Below are positions 1-50,043 of a stretch of 64,000 nucleotides of DNA, piece by piece (positions within the stretch are counted from its first letter, which is position 1; each line of letters opens with the position of its first letter). The notes under the pieces were generated by a model that was given only the letters and a program-made list of their open reading frames with translations, made no database searches and had not been told where the DNA came from. Where the stretch lies: the NCBI GenBank assembly GCA_038087875.1, contig JAXLNO010000385.1:682001-746000 (forward strand), in the 5' to 3' direction. The DNA comes from Malacoraja senta (lineage: Eukaryota). Both the position numbers and the translations under genes were made by a program.

Positions 1-211
1 GATCTTCGCGGTTCCGATACAAAACGCCGTCTGTCCATTCCCTGCACAGTTTCTGCTCGACTCGCAGATTTGTTCCATCAATTTGTGTTTTCCACGCATT
101 GTTTACGTCGGCTTCAGATCATCTGCGGCAAATCTAACGTCGTCAGATATGACGAGAAATGCAGCCGTCAACTAACGACAGAAAAGGTATGTCATAGCGC
201 GAAGTGTGCCA

Positions 212-410
212 GTGCCTGTCCCACTGTACGAGGTAATTCAAGAGCTCTCCCGAGTGGAAAAAAATCAAACTCGTGGTAAGCACGTAGAATGTACGTAGCC
301 GGTACGTCGGAGCTCGGGGACGTCTCTTAACGGCTCGTACCGATAACGGCAGGTACTCGGGAAACGCGGTAAGCTCGTGAAGACTCGTGAAGATTTTCAA
401 CACGTTTAAA
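212..410. mobile_element. Probable non-autonomous DNA transposon fragment (one TIR-like end)
   Basis: Begins GTGCCTGTCCCACTGTACGAG, resembling the GGGCCTGTCCCACT-type ends of Harbinger/PIF-like MITEs. The interior is CpG-rich with repeated CTCGTG/TACG words. No partner TIR is seen; it ends near the L2 fragment. Family call is by resemblance only. Confidence 0.4.
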
Positions 411-418
411 CGAGAAGA

Positions 419-808
419 AAACATATAGCACATTTAATATCAAGTCTCGTTGACCAAAGTGCTGTAGACCAGAGCAGATACTAATGTGCTACATACAATG
501 GTACACAGAGCTAACAATACATACACAAACTGTTTACAGCGCCCCTCAGAGGGCCTCAAAAACGCTATTGGGTAGAAATAGGTGTTGAGCCTCGATTTAA
601 AGAAGTCGATGGCGGGGGTAGTTCTGATGAGGAGAGGGATGCTGTTCCACAGTCTAGGTGCTGCAACCGCAAAAGCGCGGTCACCCCTGAGCTTAAACCT
701 AGACCGCGAGATAGTCAGTAGCCCCAAGTCGGCCGACCTGAGGGACCTGGAGGTAGAATGGTGGGCATAGAAGATTTTTGATACAGGATGGGGGCAAGCC
801 GTTAGGGT
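419..808 (-). mobile_element. L2-clade LINE 3' fragment (ORF2 C-terminus + 3' UTR)
   Basis: Minus-strand translation HHSTSRSLRSADLGLLTISRSRFKLRGDRAFAVAAPRLWNSIPLLIR...FKSRL is the typical L2 ORF2 C-terminus. It is homologous to the + strand copy at 7982-8633. Confidence 0.85.
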
Positions 809-1139
809 GATTGGACGGGTGCATTTATAGGAAAGGTTAAAATGAATGTCGGGAATCGCGGGAAAATCGGACTCGCGTTGACAGCGCATCTCGGTTAGCA
901 GAGACGAATTGAGCCAAAGTGACAGATTCAGTGATGTATGATTCTATAACTTCTACGAGTGATGGTTCAAATGGCCGTTGCAAGCTGTTCCGTGTGAGCA
1001 TGTGCGTAGTGGAGATTCTGAGCAGTTGAATGGGAATATTGGGAGGACAAACACTGATGGGTGCAAATGTATGTTGAACTATCGGCGTGGGTCAGAGGGT
1101 CACGGACGGACAAGTGCACGAATTGCACTCACTGTGAAT

Positions 1140-2000
1140 TTACCGCGTGATCAGCTCAGCCCTGAATTTACTCTGGGTCACCACGTAAATACACGTGTTG
1201 GTGCAGGTACTGAGCAGCTGTAAGAAGCTCGACGTGACCGTTGTGATGTAGTAATAACCGGTGGGGAGCCGTCATATCGCACCTTCGCAATACCCGTAAA
1301 GATGTAAAATATGGCCTGTGTTGCCCACAGCAGGACGAAAGTGCTCGTGATACTGAAGAGTAAAACAATGGATTTCCTGCGGTTCTCCATCTCCGGGTCC
1401 TTGTCATTCTCTCCGTTGCTTTTTCCCCGGAGCCCCTGCGGACTCTGCTGGCCGCCACAATCCGCCTGACCGTCAGCACATTGAGCAGAAGGATCAGAAA
1501 GAACGGGATACAAGGGTTTAGAACGCGGTGTGTGATCTCATATGCGATCCATGCAGACGACGTATAGAAGGTGGGTTTCATGTAACAACCCCAGGGAAGA
1601 TTATCAAACACGTAGCCAGGTTCTATCGCAAAACACCGGGGGACGTTCTCTAAACAGCCCAGCACACTCACTGCCCCGATAATCACAGCCCGCGTTCTCT
1701 CAGTGCAATATCTTGTTTTCAGCTTCTCACAACAAATAGCCACAAACCGATCGAAGGTCAAGGCGACCGTCAGCCAGACAGAGACCGCGGTGGATGCAAA
1801 GACCAGGAATCCGACCGTCGTGCACACGGGAGTAATGTTCACCAAAGAATACGGGAAGTAAATTAGAATAGTCTGACGGAGAAACGGATCGGTGATGCCG
1901 ACCAGGAGATCAGACGCTGCCATGGCCACCAGGTAGACAGTGATGCATTTGGAGAGACCGCATTTACCTCGACAGAGAATCACAATCGCCAACAAGTTCA
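1140..2000 (-). CDS. Exon 2 of a class A GPCR, GPR139/GPR142-like (frameshifted as assembled)
   Basis: Acceptor tctctctctcacag|TGAAC at 2001/2000. Translation VNLLAIVILCRGKCGLSKCITVYLVAMAASDLL...TVALTFDRFVAICC...PCIPFFLILLLNVLTVRRIVAASRVRRG. After one shift it reads LRGKSNGENDKDPEMENRRKSIVLLFSITSTFVLLWAT, and after a second YYYITTVTSSFLQLLSTCTNTCIYVVTQSKFRAEL. TAA at 1140-1142. Shows the 7TM pattern, a DRF motif and an NxxxY-like TM7. Confidence 0.9.
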
Positions 2001-2535
2001 CTGTGAGAGAGAGAGAGGAGATATTACTGACACAAGGCCCGCACAAAAGTATCTGAGCGAAATTGTCTGATTGAAGCTTTTTAAACTTCAAATTTGGTTG
2101 ACCAAATGACCTTTAGCCCAGACCACGTTCAGAGACTACAGCCTTTGGACCACGGTGTCCACGCATCTCATCAACACCAATGTATATTACGTTCACAGCT
2201 TTTAATACTGTCCATATTCTTCTGAACTGTCTCCAGATTGTAGCATCCATCTACACTGTCCCATGGACAGTAGTTACAGAAACCATTAATAGGCAGGTCA
2301 ATTGCATGCGGGAGGAAACATGCGCACAGCCAAGATTAGCGTGGAGACGGAGGACTAACGATGAAACATTGCACATAAAGCACCGGAACTGTGTGACACC
2401 GGCAGTCAGGCAAGGAAATCGCTATCAATACTTGGGGGGGGGGGGGGGGGGGGACGCTGACATCGGAAGCTGACCTGTTGGTGACCGACTCCGAACTTGA
2501 GCAACAGCAGCTTCGTCCGCCTCGAATGGTGGGCT

Positions 2536-4562
<2,027 letters not shown>

Positions 4563-5378
4563 GCACTTAGAAAGTGTCTGATAAATTCCGGATTACAAAA
4601 CATAGGTGGGATTGTCCCCCCACCTCTCAAAGCACCGGGGGGGGGGGGGGGGGGGCGGTGCTCCCATCCTTCCCCAGAATTCCGCCCATGCAGGCAGTAC
4701 TGACCTGTGGCACGATGGCGAAGATGTACAGATACATCTGCGGATATAATTCGAATTTACAGATCGTCCGAAGGAGAAGATATCGAAATACATAACACTA
4801 ACTGATATAAAATTACGTGACAGCATCTGTTTACATCTGAGTTTAACATCTGAGTTTACATCATAGTAAAGTCGTGACACCTTCATAGAGTCAGATCCCA
4901 GCTCGTGACATTCACTTGCTTTATCTCATGAGCTGTAGCATTACAGGTCTAACGCGGGATTACGCTTCACGCAGCGACGAGTGCAGAGAATATATCGATT
5001 ATATATTCAGTTAAGCAGGTTTGTCCGATTGGGAACACATGTCATTTCACTAACTCGTTTCAGACTCTCCAAGGAAGGAACCCAAGTTGCCATTCTCACA
5101 GCTCCTGACCAACATACCAGGGTGTGATTATCTGATACCTGCTGGCTGGTCAGGGCTCTGGCCGGCGCAATCAGTACAGACAGTGATCCAGGCCGGGATA
5201 AACAACAGGCATGACGTACACATTGCGGCAGTTACAGTGGAACATGGATGTCTAACCAAATTAAACAAGTGAATTATTGAAACACAAACAATGTTTGTTT
5301 AACGTCGGCACCGCTGGAGTTTACGGAATGTCTCACAGCTAATGCGCGCACATGAAAATCAGAGACAAACCAAATTAC

Positions 5379-5448
5379 CGAAAACAGCGACAGCCGCTAT
5401 TGTAGGGTAATATATATCTTGAATTCGATAGATCAATTGATGTCCCAT
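5379..5448 (-). CDS. Exon 1 of the same GPR139-like GPCR
   Basis: ATG at 5448 gives MGHQLIYRIQDIYYPTIAAVAVF, then G|gtaatt donor (GT at 5378-5377). The phase-1 junction G+TG=Val joins exon 2 in frame and completes TM1 (IYYPTIAAVAVFVNLLAIVIL). Not called in the ORF track. Confidence 0.85.
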
Positions 5449-5533
5449 AGCTGGAAGACACAATTAACTCCTGTGGCTCCATCAGTCCGTCATCGCTGTA
5501 GCCTCTGTGCGATACCTTCTGGTGGGCACCGAG

Positions 5534-5540
5534 ATATATA
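5534..5540 (-). promoter_or_regulatory. Candidate TATA-like box of the GPCR
   Basis: TATATAT on the minus strand ~90 bp upstream of the exon 1 ATG. Positional inference only. Confidence 0.3.
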
Positions 5541-5711
5541 GAGCGATAGGTCTCCAGCGACATGACCTCATACCTGCTGATTGACATTAGTGACACTCAC
5601 GGAACAAACACCTTGCGCCACAGCCATTAACTCCACCATGGGGGATGACAAGCGATACTAATTTAAAGATCGAGTAAAAAAACAACACGAAGCGAGTCGC
5701 TGATAAACAGA

Positions 5712-5802
5712 GTCTCAAGAATGGTCACTATCCGAAACGTCACCTACACACTTTCTCCAAAATGTTGCCTGACCCTCTGTTACACCAGCACTTGTGTAGT
5801 TT
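5712..5802 (+). mobile_element. Degenerate short repeat with a hammerhead-like core (Penelope-like element remnant?)
   Basis: CTCAAGA-atggtcactatcc-GAAACGTC followed by ...tgttgcctgaccc...caccagcacttgtgt. Related in layout to the minus-strand copies near 52925-53020, 54291-54383 and 57397-57489. Confidence 0.4.
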
Positions 5803-5994
5803 TCACTGAAAACAGGAATTTATGCTTTCCAATGAAAGAATGGTCCATGACACTGTGTTATTTCATTTAATGTTGATTTCGATGGACATCTCCAGTGAAC
5901 CCATCTACCACTACAGTTTGTTTTTTCCCCCCCAAAATGAATCATCATTCATACCATGACGTCACTGATATTGCAAGACAGATACTGAAATATT

Positions 5995-6356
5995 CATAGA
6001 AGCATAGAAACATAGACAATAGGTGCAGGAGGAGGCCATTCGGCCCTTCGAGCAAGCACCGCCATTCATTGTGATCATGGCTGATCGTCCCCAATCACTA
6101 ACCCGTGCCTGCTTTCTCCCCATATCCCTTGATTCCACTGGCCCTCGAGCTCTATCTAACTCTCTCTTAAATCCATCCGGTGATTTGGCCTCCACTGCCC
6201 TCTGTGGCAAGGAATTCCACAAATTCACAACTCCTGGGTGAGAAAGTTTTTTCTCAGTTTTAAATGGCCTATGTTCTGGACTCGCCCAACATAGGGAATA
6301 TTTTTCACGCATCAAGTTTGTCCAGTCCTTTTATAATTGTATATGTTTCTATAAGA
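5995..6356 (-). mobile_element. CR1-clade LINE 3' end fragment
   Basis: Minus-strand LIETYTIIKGLDKLDA and GVVNLWNSLPQRAVEAKSPDGFKRELD (CR1 ORF2 C-terminus). The 3' UTR ends in short repeats CTATGTTTCTATGCTTCTATG. Confidence 0.85.
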
Positions 6357-6502
6357 CATTTCTGTATCCTTTGCTCAGTCGGACTGTGCACAGTCTGACC
6401 GTGTGCTATGTTTCGCTCAATGACGGCTTCCCTCCGTAATCTGCCACCCCCCCTCCCCGAGCACACTGTGAGACATGGCATGTGTAATTTCAGTGTGATT
6501 TG

Positions 6503-6895
6503 GTTTAAGTTAGATACAGCGTGGGAAAGAGGATTTTCGGCCACTCAGAGGAAACTCACGCGGTCACAAGGCGAATGTGTACACTTACACACAGACAGCA
6601 AACGAGGGCAGGATAGAACCCTGGTCTCTGCGTTTTGTAGCAGTAGTGCAACCATTGTACCGCCCTTGGTGTGATACAGCGTGGAAACAGGCCCTTCGGC
6701 CCTACGTCCAAACCGACCAAAAACGTGTCCCAGTTGCACTAGTCCCCTGGCGTCTGGTCCATATCCCTCCAAACCCGTGCTATCGGTGTAACCTTGTAGC
6801 TGTTTCTTAAACGTTGTGATAGTCCCAACCTTAACTATCTCCTCTGGAAGCTAGTTCCATACACCCACCACTCTCTGTGTGGAACGTTACTCCCG
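6503..6895 (-). mobile_element. Mosaic of tRNA-derived SINE head and CR1-type tail fragments
   Basis: GATACAGCGTGG(G)AAA occurs at ~6513 and ~6673. ACACAGACAGC...CAGGATAGAACCCTGGTCTCTG is a degenerate B-box region on the minus strand. Homologous pieces recur at 52480-52720 and 53650-54060. Confidence 0.6.
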
Positions 6896-7199
6896 AAGTC
6901 GGTGAGGCGGTGCCGTCCCGAAGCCGGTGAGCCCCGCAGCCGCCGGGGAGCCTAGGAGCCGCCCCAAGAAGTCGGGGAACCCCGGAGGCGGCCGGAGTGG
7001 GGAGCGTTCCGGAGCCTGGCCGACTGCTGCAACCACGAGATCCTGCGGAAGTAAGGAGTGGACTGTGTGATGGGATTGAGGGAGCCGGGCGCTGGCGCTG
7101 GCCGGGCGCTGGCCGGGGCCACAGCACCACCGCACAAACATCCACGCACTCCCCTCCCCTCGCACCCCCCCCCCAAACGTAGGTCACGGCAGCGCCCCC

Positions 7200-7945
7200 C
7201 CCCCGGCCCCCACCTGCAGCCGTCACCCTCCCCGTCCCCAGCTGCAGGACTTGCCCTCAAAAAGTCCATTCGGCCCACAATGCCTGTACTAGCCCTCCGG
7301 AAACCAGTCCCTTCTACCCACAACACCTATACCAGCCCTCCAGTAACCCCCCCACTCTGGCCCCCGCCTGAAGCCATTCCCCTCCCCCGGCGAAAGGACG
7401 CTCCCCCCCCACTGTCCACCGACAGCCACTGCCTGAAGCCGTCCCCCCTCCCCGGGTATATGACGCTGCCCCCCCTCAACTGCCAGCCCCCCGCCTGAAG
7501 CCGTTCCCCACCCTCGGCTGTAGGACACTCCACCCCGCACCGACAGACCGCTCCTGAATACGTCCCCCATCCCTTGCTGCTGGCGCCCCATCCCGCCCCC
7601 CTGCCCCGGCTGCGGGTCGCTCGCCCCACGCACCACCACCGGCCCCGACAGCCTCCGCCTAAAGCTGCTCCCCTCCCCGGCTGTATGAAGCTCACACTGG
7701 CCCCCAAAGGCTCCCACCTGAAGCTGCCCCCCTCCCACAGCTGCAGGACGCTCGCACCCCCCCCCGCCAATGGCCCCGCCAACCCCCGCCTGAAGCTGTC
7801 CCTGACCCCCTGCTTCAAGACCTCCCCCGTCAAAACGGTCGCGACAAACCCCGCCTGAAGCCGTCCCCGTCCCCCTGCTGCAAGATCCTCCCCCCCCCCA
7901 ACCGGCCACGACAGCCCCGCCTGAAGCCGTCCCCCCCCCCCTCCG
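7200..7945 (+). repeat. GC-rich degenerate minisatellite (~60-70 bp period) with core CGCCTGAAGCCGTCCCC
   Basis: Core or variants at ~7213, 7366, 7432, 7492, 7550, 7656, 7717, 7787, 7852 and 7918, separated by variable C-rich spacers. Confidence 0.7.
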
Positions 7946-7981
7946 GCTGCCGGATGCTTCCATCTCCGCCACCGGCTCCGA

Positions 7982-8633
7982 CACTTTGATGACCTCGAAT
8001 AGATCATCCACACATTTATCTCCTCCCGCCTAGATTACTGCAAGTCCCTTTCTACTGGCATCAGCCAATCGTCCCTGTCCCGCCTGCAACTGGTCCAAAA
8101 CGCCGCAGCGAGACTCCTGACGGGCAGCCGAAAAAGGGACCACATCACCCCGATCCTGGCCTCTCTCCACTGGCTCTCTGTGCGGTTCCGTATACATTTC
8201 AAGATCCTCCTCTATGTCTACAAAGCCCTCAATGGGCTTTCCTCCACCTACATTAAAAGTCTTCTCACCCACCACTCCACCTCCACGTCCCTCAGATCGG
8301 CCGACTTGCGGATGCTGAATATCCCGCGGTCGAGGCATATGCTCAGGGGAGACCGCGCCTTTGCGGTTGCAGCTCCTAGACTGTGGAACAGCATCCCCCT
8401 TCCCATCAGAACTACCCCCCTCCATCGACTCCTTTAAGTCAAGACTAAAAACGTATCTATACTCCCAAGCCTTTCTGACGTCCTCTGAGCGAGGGCTATA
8501 TGTAGATATGTATGTAGTTTGTTTGTTTATATTATCTCTTATAACAAATGTAAGCACTTTGGCCAACGAGAGTTGTTTTTAAATGTGCTATATAAATAAA
8601 TGTGACTTGACGTGACTTGACTTGACTTGACTG
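7982..8633 (+). mobile_element. L2-clade LINE 3' fragment with tail
   Basis: HFDDLE*IIHTFISSRLDYCKSL...LSRLQLVQNAAARLLTG..KRDHITPILASLHWL..RFRIHFKILLYVYKALNGL...RGDRAFAVAAPRLWNSIP, then AATAAA and a (TGACT)n tail at ~8602-8633. Confidence 0.9.
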
Positions 8634-8639
8634 AGGGAA

Positions 8640-9101
8640 CGAATGCTTCCCAACAGCTTTCCCTTGATTCACTCGACATCTATGGATTATCACCACAAAT
8701 TGGAATTGAATAAAGGATCTCCGATCACGTTAATGGGAAACCTGGAAACCCTAAAGCTATGCAATGGAATGAGGATGATTGTGCGAAGAGCTACACAATA
8801 ATCTGATCGTTGCAAGAAATCAACATGGAAGCCTTCAAAGATGACCTTGTTCTCATTCCTAGGATAACGCTCAATTTGACAGAAGGCGAAGACATTCCTA
8901 CTGCAGTCAAGTTTTGCTATGACGATCCATAGACCACAAGGCCAAACCATGGAGAAAGTGTAGATATACCTTGATGAACCGGAATTTCAGCTTGGACAAC
9001 TATATGTGGCTCTTAGCCAAGGATAGGTGAGGAAAAATGTCAACGTTTTCCTGAATGATGGAACATCGAGCAAGAATGTTATCAAACGTGTCCTTGGTTG
9101 A
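8640..9101 (+). pseudogene. Decayed PIF1-family helicase C-terminus (Helitron RepHel remnant)
   Basis: Read across frameshifts and stops: HHKLELNKGSPITLMGNL..LKLCNGMRMIV..LHNNLIVA..DLVLIPRITL..SFAMTIHRPQGQTMEKV*IYLDEPEFQLGQLYVALS..KNVIKRVLG*. This matches PIF1 motifs LCNGTR, FAMTINKSQGQT and HGQLYVALSR. Confidence 0.85.
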
Positions 9102-9339
9102 ACGATGACTTCTGAGGTACATTTTCAGATTTTCTACGTAAAAGTTTAACCACTTATTAATGTCTCTATATTAAAATTGTGTGTCTTTATCTCCATCAAC
9201 AGCAAAGCGATATCGAGTCGCCGTGAGCAGCAGAAGCCAACAAGTGATACAACAAGAAAGACCTGAACTGAATAAATCTCATCTTTAACATTTAAATGGT
9301 TGTTATAATTTTATGAGTTATTCACGTTTAAAGCTTTCA

Positions 9340-10261
9340 CTTGAGCAAGTGGGACCCGTTGGGTCCTGACCTCTCAACGCCTGGTTGCGGCAGGGGTGGC
9401 CTGCTGCGGCACACACACCCTAACCACCCACCCACACACGCACACTAAACCCCCCCCACACACACACATACACACACATTAACCACCCCGCTTGATATTA
9501 CATTAATATTTTCATTCGCTCCTTTTACCCCACCCCCCCACACCCACTCACGCCTCGCCCCCAACTCGCCGACGCGGCTAGAGAGAGCAGGGGGTAAAGA
9601 GAGAGTGGGCAGAAGCAGAGAGAAGCCAGAGGCAGAGAGAGGGTAGAGGCAGAGAGAGGGCCGAGTCTGAGAGAGTGCAGAGGCACAGATAGGGCAGAGA
9701 CAGAGGGCATAGACAGAGCACGGGGGGGGGGGCGGAGATGGAGCGGGGGGCAGAGAGGGAGCGGAGGGGTAGAGAGGGAGCGGGGCGCAGAGAGGGAGAG
9801 GGGGCAGAGAGGGAGTGGGGGAGGGCAGAGACAGAGAGCGGAGAGCGGCCGGACGGCGACCAAAGGATTGCGCGTTCGGCGGCTTCAGTCCAGGGACCGA
9901 AGTCATCTCCGGCATCGTCCATTGAATAACGGCGGGGTCGGGGGGGGGGGGGTGGGGGGGTAACGTCACTCGCATCGCGTGGAAGAACGGCGCGAGGAGA
10001 AGACCCATTGTGGCATCATCAGCGAAAGGCTGTCGTTTTGAAATTGAGTTTTGTCATATTTGTTTAACATTTTCAGTAATGTCGCGAAATAAAGCGTAGT
10101 ATTTTCAGAAAGGTAGATTTTAGACTCCACGGGGAAAATGTCTACAGGAATATGTAAAGATTTTAGCGTTTCCACGTCGTTTATTCGCGAAAATGTGATA
10201 ACACACAAACGCACAATCACACACACACACACACACACGCACACACACACACACACAAACA

Positions 10262-10302
<41 letters not shown>

Positions 10303-10441
10303 CTCTCACGCACACACACTCACACACACACACACATACACACACACACACACACACAACACACACACACACACATACACACACATACACACACACACAC
10401 ACACACTCTCTCTCTCACACACACACACATACACACGACAC

Positions 10442-10498
<57 letters not shown>

Positions 10499-10516
10499 AC
10501 CACTCACACACACACA

Positions 10517-10589
<73 letters not shown>

Positions 10590-10661
10590 ACACACACACA
10601 CTCACACACACTCACACACACACAGACACACACAACATCCAAGATCATACTTTAAGTAATA
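9340..10661 (-). mobile_element. Non-autonomous Helitron-like element, copy 1
   Basis: Minus-strand 3' end GGACCC-AAC-GGGTCC hairpin then CACTTGCTCAAG|T (degenerate CTAG|T). The 5' end reads TATTACTTAAAGTATGATCTTGGATG followed by (TG)n. No TSD or TIR. Confidence 0.6.
10202..10634. repeat. Imperfect (CA)n microsatellite within the Helitron-like element
   Basis: Directly visible. Confidence 0.95.
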
Positions 10662-10665
10662 GTTA

Positions 10666-11051
10666 CTAAACCAAGTGAGACCCGCTGGGTCCCGTCCCCT
10701 CAACGCGCGGAGGGGCGGGGGCGGCCTGCTGCATCACGCACACACTAACCGCCCCCACACACACCAACCACCCCACACATACACACTAAACACCCCCACA
10801 CACACACAAACACACACTAACCACCCCTTGATATTGTATTAATAATATTCATTCGCTCATGTCCCCCATCCCCCGCCCTATCCACTCACGCATTGCCCCC
10901 AACTCGCAGGCGCGGATAGAGAGGGAGGGGGGTAGAGAGAGTGAAAGGGTAGGGGCAGAGAGAGAAAGTGCAGAGGCAGAGAGAGGGCAGGCACATAGAG
11001 GGCAGAGGCACAGGGAGGGCAGAATCACAGAGAGAGAGAGGCAGAGAGAAA
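10666..11051 (-). mobile_element. Non-autonomous Helitron-like element, copy 2 (cut by gap)
   Basis: CTAAACCAAGTGAGACCCGCTGGGTCCC...ACCACCCCTTGATATTGTATTAATAATATTCATTCGCTC...CCCCAACTCGC is collinear with 9340-9720. The minus-strand end is a GGGACCC-AGC-GGGTCTC hairpin plus TTGGTTTAG|T. Confidence 0.65.
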
Positions 11052-11251
11052 NNNNNNNNNNNNNNNNNNNNNNNNNNNNNNNNNNNNNNNNNNNNNNNNN
11101 NNNNNNNNNNNNNNNNNNNNNNNNNNNNNNNNNNNNNNNNNNNNNNNNNNNNNNNNNNNNNNNNNNNNNNNNNNNNNNNNNNNNNNNNNNNNNNNNNNNN
11201 NNNNNNNNNNNNNNNNNNNNNNNNNNNNNNNNNNNNNNNNNNNNNNNNNNN
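11052..11251. other. Assembly gap (200 N)
   Basis: Run of N. Confidence 1.
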
Positions 11252-49174
<37,923 letters not shown>

Positions 49175-49374
49175 NNNNNNNNNNNNNNNNNNNNNNNNNN
49201 NNNNNNNNNNNNNNNNNNNNNNNNNNNNNNNNNNNNNNNNNNNNNNNNNNNNNNNNNNNNNNNNNNNNNNNNNNNNNNNNNNNNNNNNNNNNNNNNNNNN
49301 NNNNNNNNNNNNNNNNNNNNNNNNNNNNNNNNNNNNNNNNNNNNNNNNNNNNNNNNNNNNNNNNNNNNNNNNNN
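49175..49374. other. Assembly gap (200 N)
   Basis: Run of N. Confidence 1.
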
Positions 49375-50043
49375 AAACTCAATGTCAGGACAACTCTTAA
49401 AATTATGTGCACAGCAATCTGTGGGGTGAATTTGTGGAATGGTCTGGAACAGGATATAAAGCTTAACACAAACATAATTCAGTTTAAAAAGATGTACAAA
49501 ACCCCTTTTTTAAAGGATATTGGGATGAGGATAGGTGATTGTGAGTGGGATATTTGTTATACTGATTGTATCGGGAAGGGTGATTATAGGGTGATGGGTT
49601 GTATATATGACTAAGGGATACTGTATAGTATATGAGGGTTATGGGTTGTATATATCACTGAGGGATACTATATAGTATATGAGGGTTTTTTCTTTTCTTT
49701 TTTCTTTTTTCTCTCTTTTTTTGTATGGCTTTGTAAATATTTGATTAGTGTATAAATGTAAATAATTTGCTGTACATATAGCTGCTGGTGTACATATGGT
49801 GTACATATAGCTGCTAAATGTGTATACAATAATTATAAGCGGTTGAATAAGGGGGTGGGAAATTATAAGCTTTGGCTTCTTCCTGCTCCTTTTCGGACAC
49901 ATACGATTTCATTTATTTATAGATATTGTTTATGACACTTTATAAATATTCTTGTTTTGTTTTTTGTATGCTGTTTCACACTTGCTTTTTATTCTTTTAT
50001 TCTGTTCGAAATAAAGAATTAAATAAAATAAAAATAAAATAAA
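49375..50043 (+). mobile_element. Crack/L2-group LINE 3' end (ORF2 C-terminus, 3' UTR, A-rich tail)
   Basis: KLNVRTTLKIMCTAICGVNLWNGLEQDIKLNTNIIQFKKMYK fits the RTT..S...GVxLWNxL...FKK terminal motif. The 3' UTR ends TGTTCGAAATAAAG-AATTAAATAAAATAAAAATAAAATAAA. Confidence 0.7.

Noticed and set aside
2001..2091. N-terminus of the track ORF 1168..2091 (MKFKKLQ...)
   Set aside because: Intronic read-through upstream of a clear acceptor. The real N-terminus is exon 1 at 5379-5448.
6831..8013. Overlapping GC-rich ORFs as a host gene
   Set aside because: Open on both strands because of high GC, with no recognisable domain and inconsistent frames between repeat units.
9966..10659. Cys-Val / Thr-His repeat ORFs
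   Set aside because: Translations of (CA)n.
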